64,000 nucleotides of DNA, taken from the NCBI GenBank assembly GCA_964252035.1, contig OZ176200.1, one strand, 5' to 3'. The stretch's first letter is position 1. Each line of letters opens with the position of its first letter. Made by a program: the position numbers and the translations under genes. Under the pieces are notes generated by a model that saw only the letters and a program-made list of their open reading frames with translations, was not told the DNA's origin and searched no databases. Source of the stretch: Podarcis erhardii. Its lineage: Eukaryota. Shown piece after piece: positions 63,117 through 64,000 of this stretch.

Positions 63117-64000
63117 ACAAAAAACCCCCAACGCTATCAGACCCGTGACTTGAGATCATAGGACAAACGAAAGTGTAGATGGTCCCTTACAATCCATCCA
63201 GTCACGGAGACCTAACGAATAATGTCAGTGCCTCCCCAAGATTGCCATTTTCTATAGAAGATATATTCAATGCACTTCTAAGCTTCTGTTTGAACAACAT
63301 CACTATGGAAACAGATCTGTGATGCCCTGCACCTTCATCAGCACTTCTGTATTTAAATGCTCTTCTTGAATTTTCAACAAAGCCATTCAGTGAACCTTAA
63401 CTAATCTAAGATTCTGTTCGGATTCTCTCTTCCCGCTCTCTGCCTTCAAAAGATACTTTCCCACCATCAGTCCTAGAGTTCTGACACAACCCGATTCCTT
63501 GCGTCCTAGCTCAATATCTTTAGTGCTCTATTCACTACTACACAACCAAAAGTGGAATTATTTTGATTTAAACTGCACATTTTCAAAAGCTAACCTTTGA
63601 ATTTTTGTTTTCCAAAAGGCTAGAAACTATTTTGCACCAATGACCTGCGTACAACTATACTTCTCTAAGATTTATGGCTGATAAGCAAGCTGCTTTTATT
63701 GTTCAATCACAGGTTTCCTTACTCAATATAAAATCACATTGTATTGTGCTTGGGATGTTGAAATTTCTGACAATGATTAGCTCAGCTGATACGATGGAAT
63801 GGAATGTTGACTTGCTCAGGGAGCTAAATAGTTGACAGTCCAGATTCTGTGAGGGAAGGAAAATATGTCCATTTTCTTGGTATTAAAACGTCAAAGAGCC
63901 AGGCTGATGACTGGGATGAAGTCTTGACACACTGAGCCTGTATACACATTATAATTTTCTCTTGTCCTAGTGTGCTCGCACAGCTGGCTTTTGAATCGGT

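Noticed and set aside
1-64000. Prokaryotic-type systems (CRISPR arrays, operons, defence islands)
   Set aside because: The sequence is spliced vertebrate DNA. There are no repeat-spacer arrays or gene-dense regions.

Overview
This is vertebrate genomic DNA, not prokaryotic. The SINE/MITE repertoire (Sauria SINE, Squam3-type SINE, tRNA-head/CR1-tail SINEs) points to a squamate, probably a lacertid lizard (inference). The window holds the 5' part of MYLK (long, non-muscle-type myosin light chain kinase) on the minus strand. Nine coding exons (35421-35257, 19283-19076, 17145-17097, 14326-14161, 13187-13022, 9144-9108, 7003-6432, 5456-5253, 4112-3978) all have GT-AG boundaries and compatible phases. 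They join into 1702 nt (567 codons + 1 nt) covering Ig1, Ig2, a K/E/T/P-rich linker, Ig3 and the start of Ig4. The gene continues past position 1; no further exon was found in 1-3977. Positions 35430-64000 are upstream intron/5' region with three candidate 5' exons and no obvious CpG island. The rest is old L2/CR1 fragments, SINEs, hAT/Tc1-mariner/Harbinger-like MITEs and microsatellites. I found no convincing novel biological system. The best leads are a possible uORF versus N-terminal-extension switch among candidate 5' exons, alternative-splicing signals at the exon matching human exon 11, and two different tRNA heads on the same CR1 tail. Comparisons with human and chicken MYLK are from memory, and repeat boundaries are approximate unless TSDs are given.
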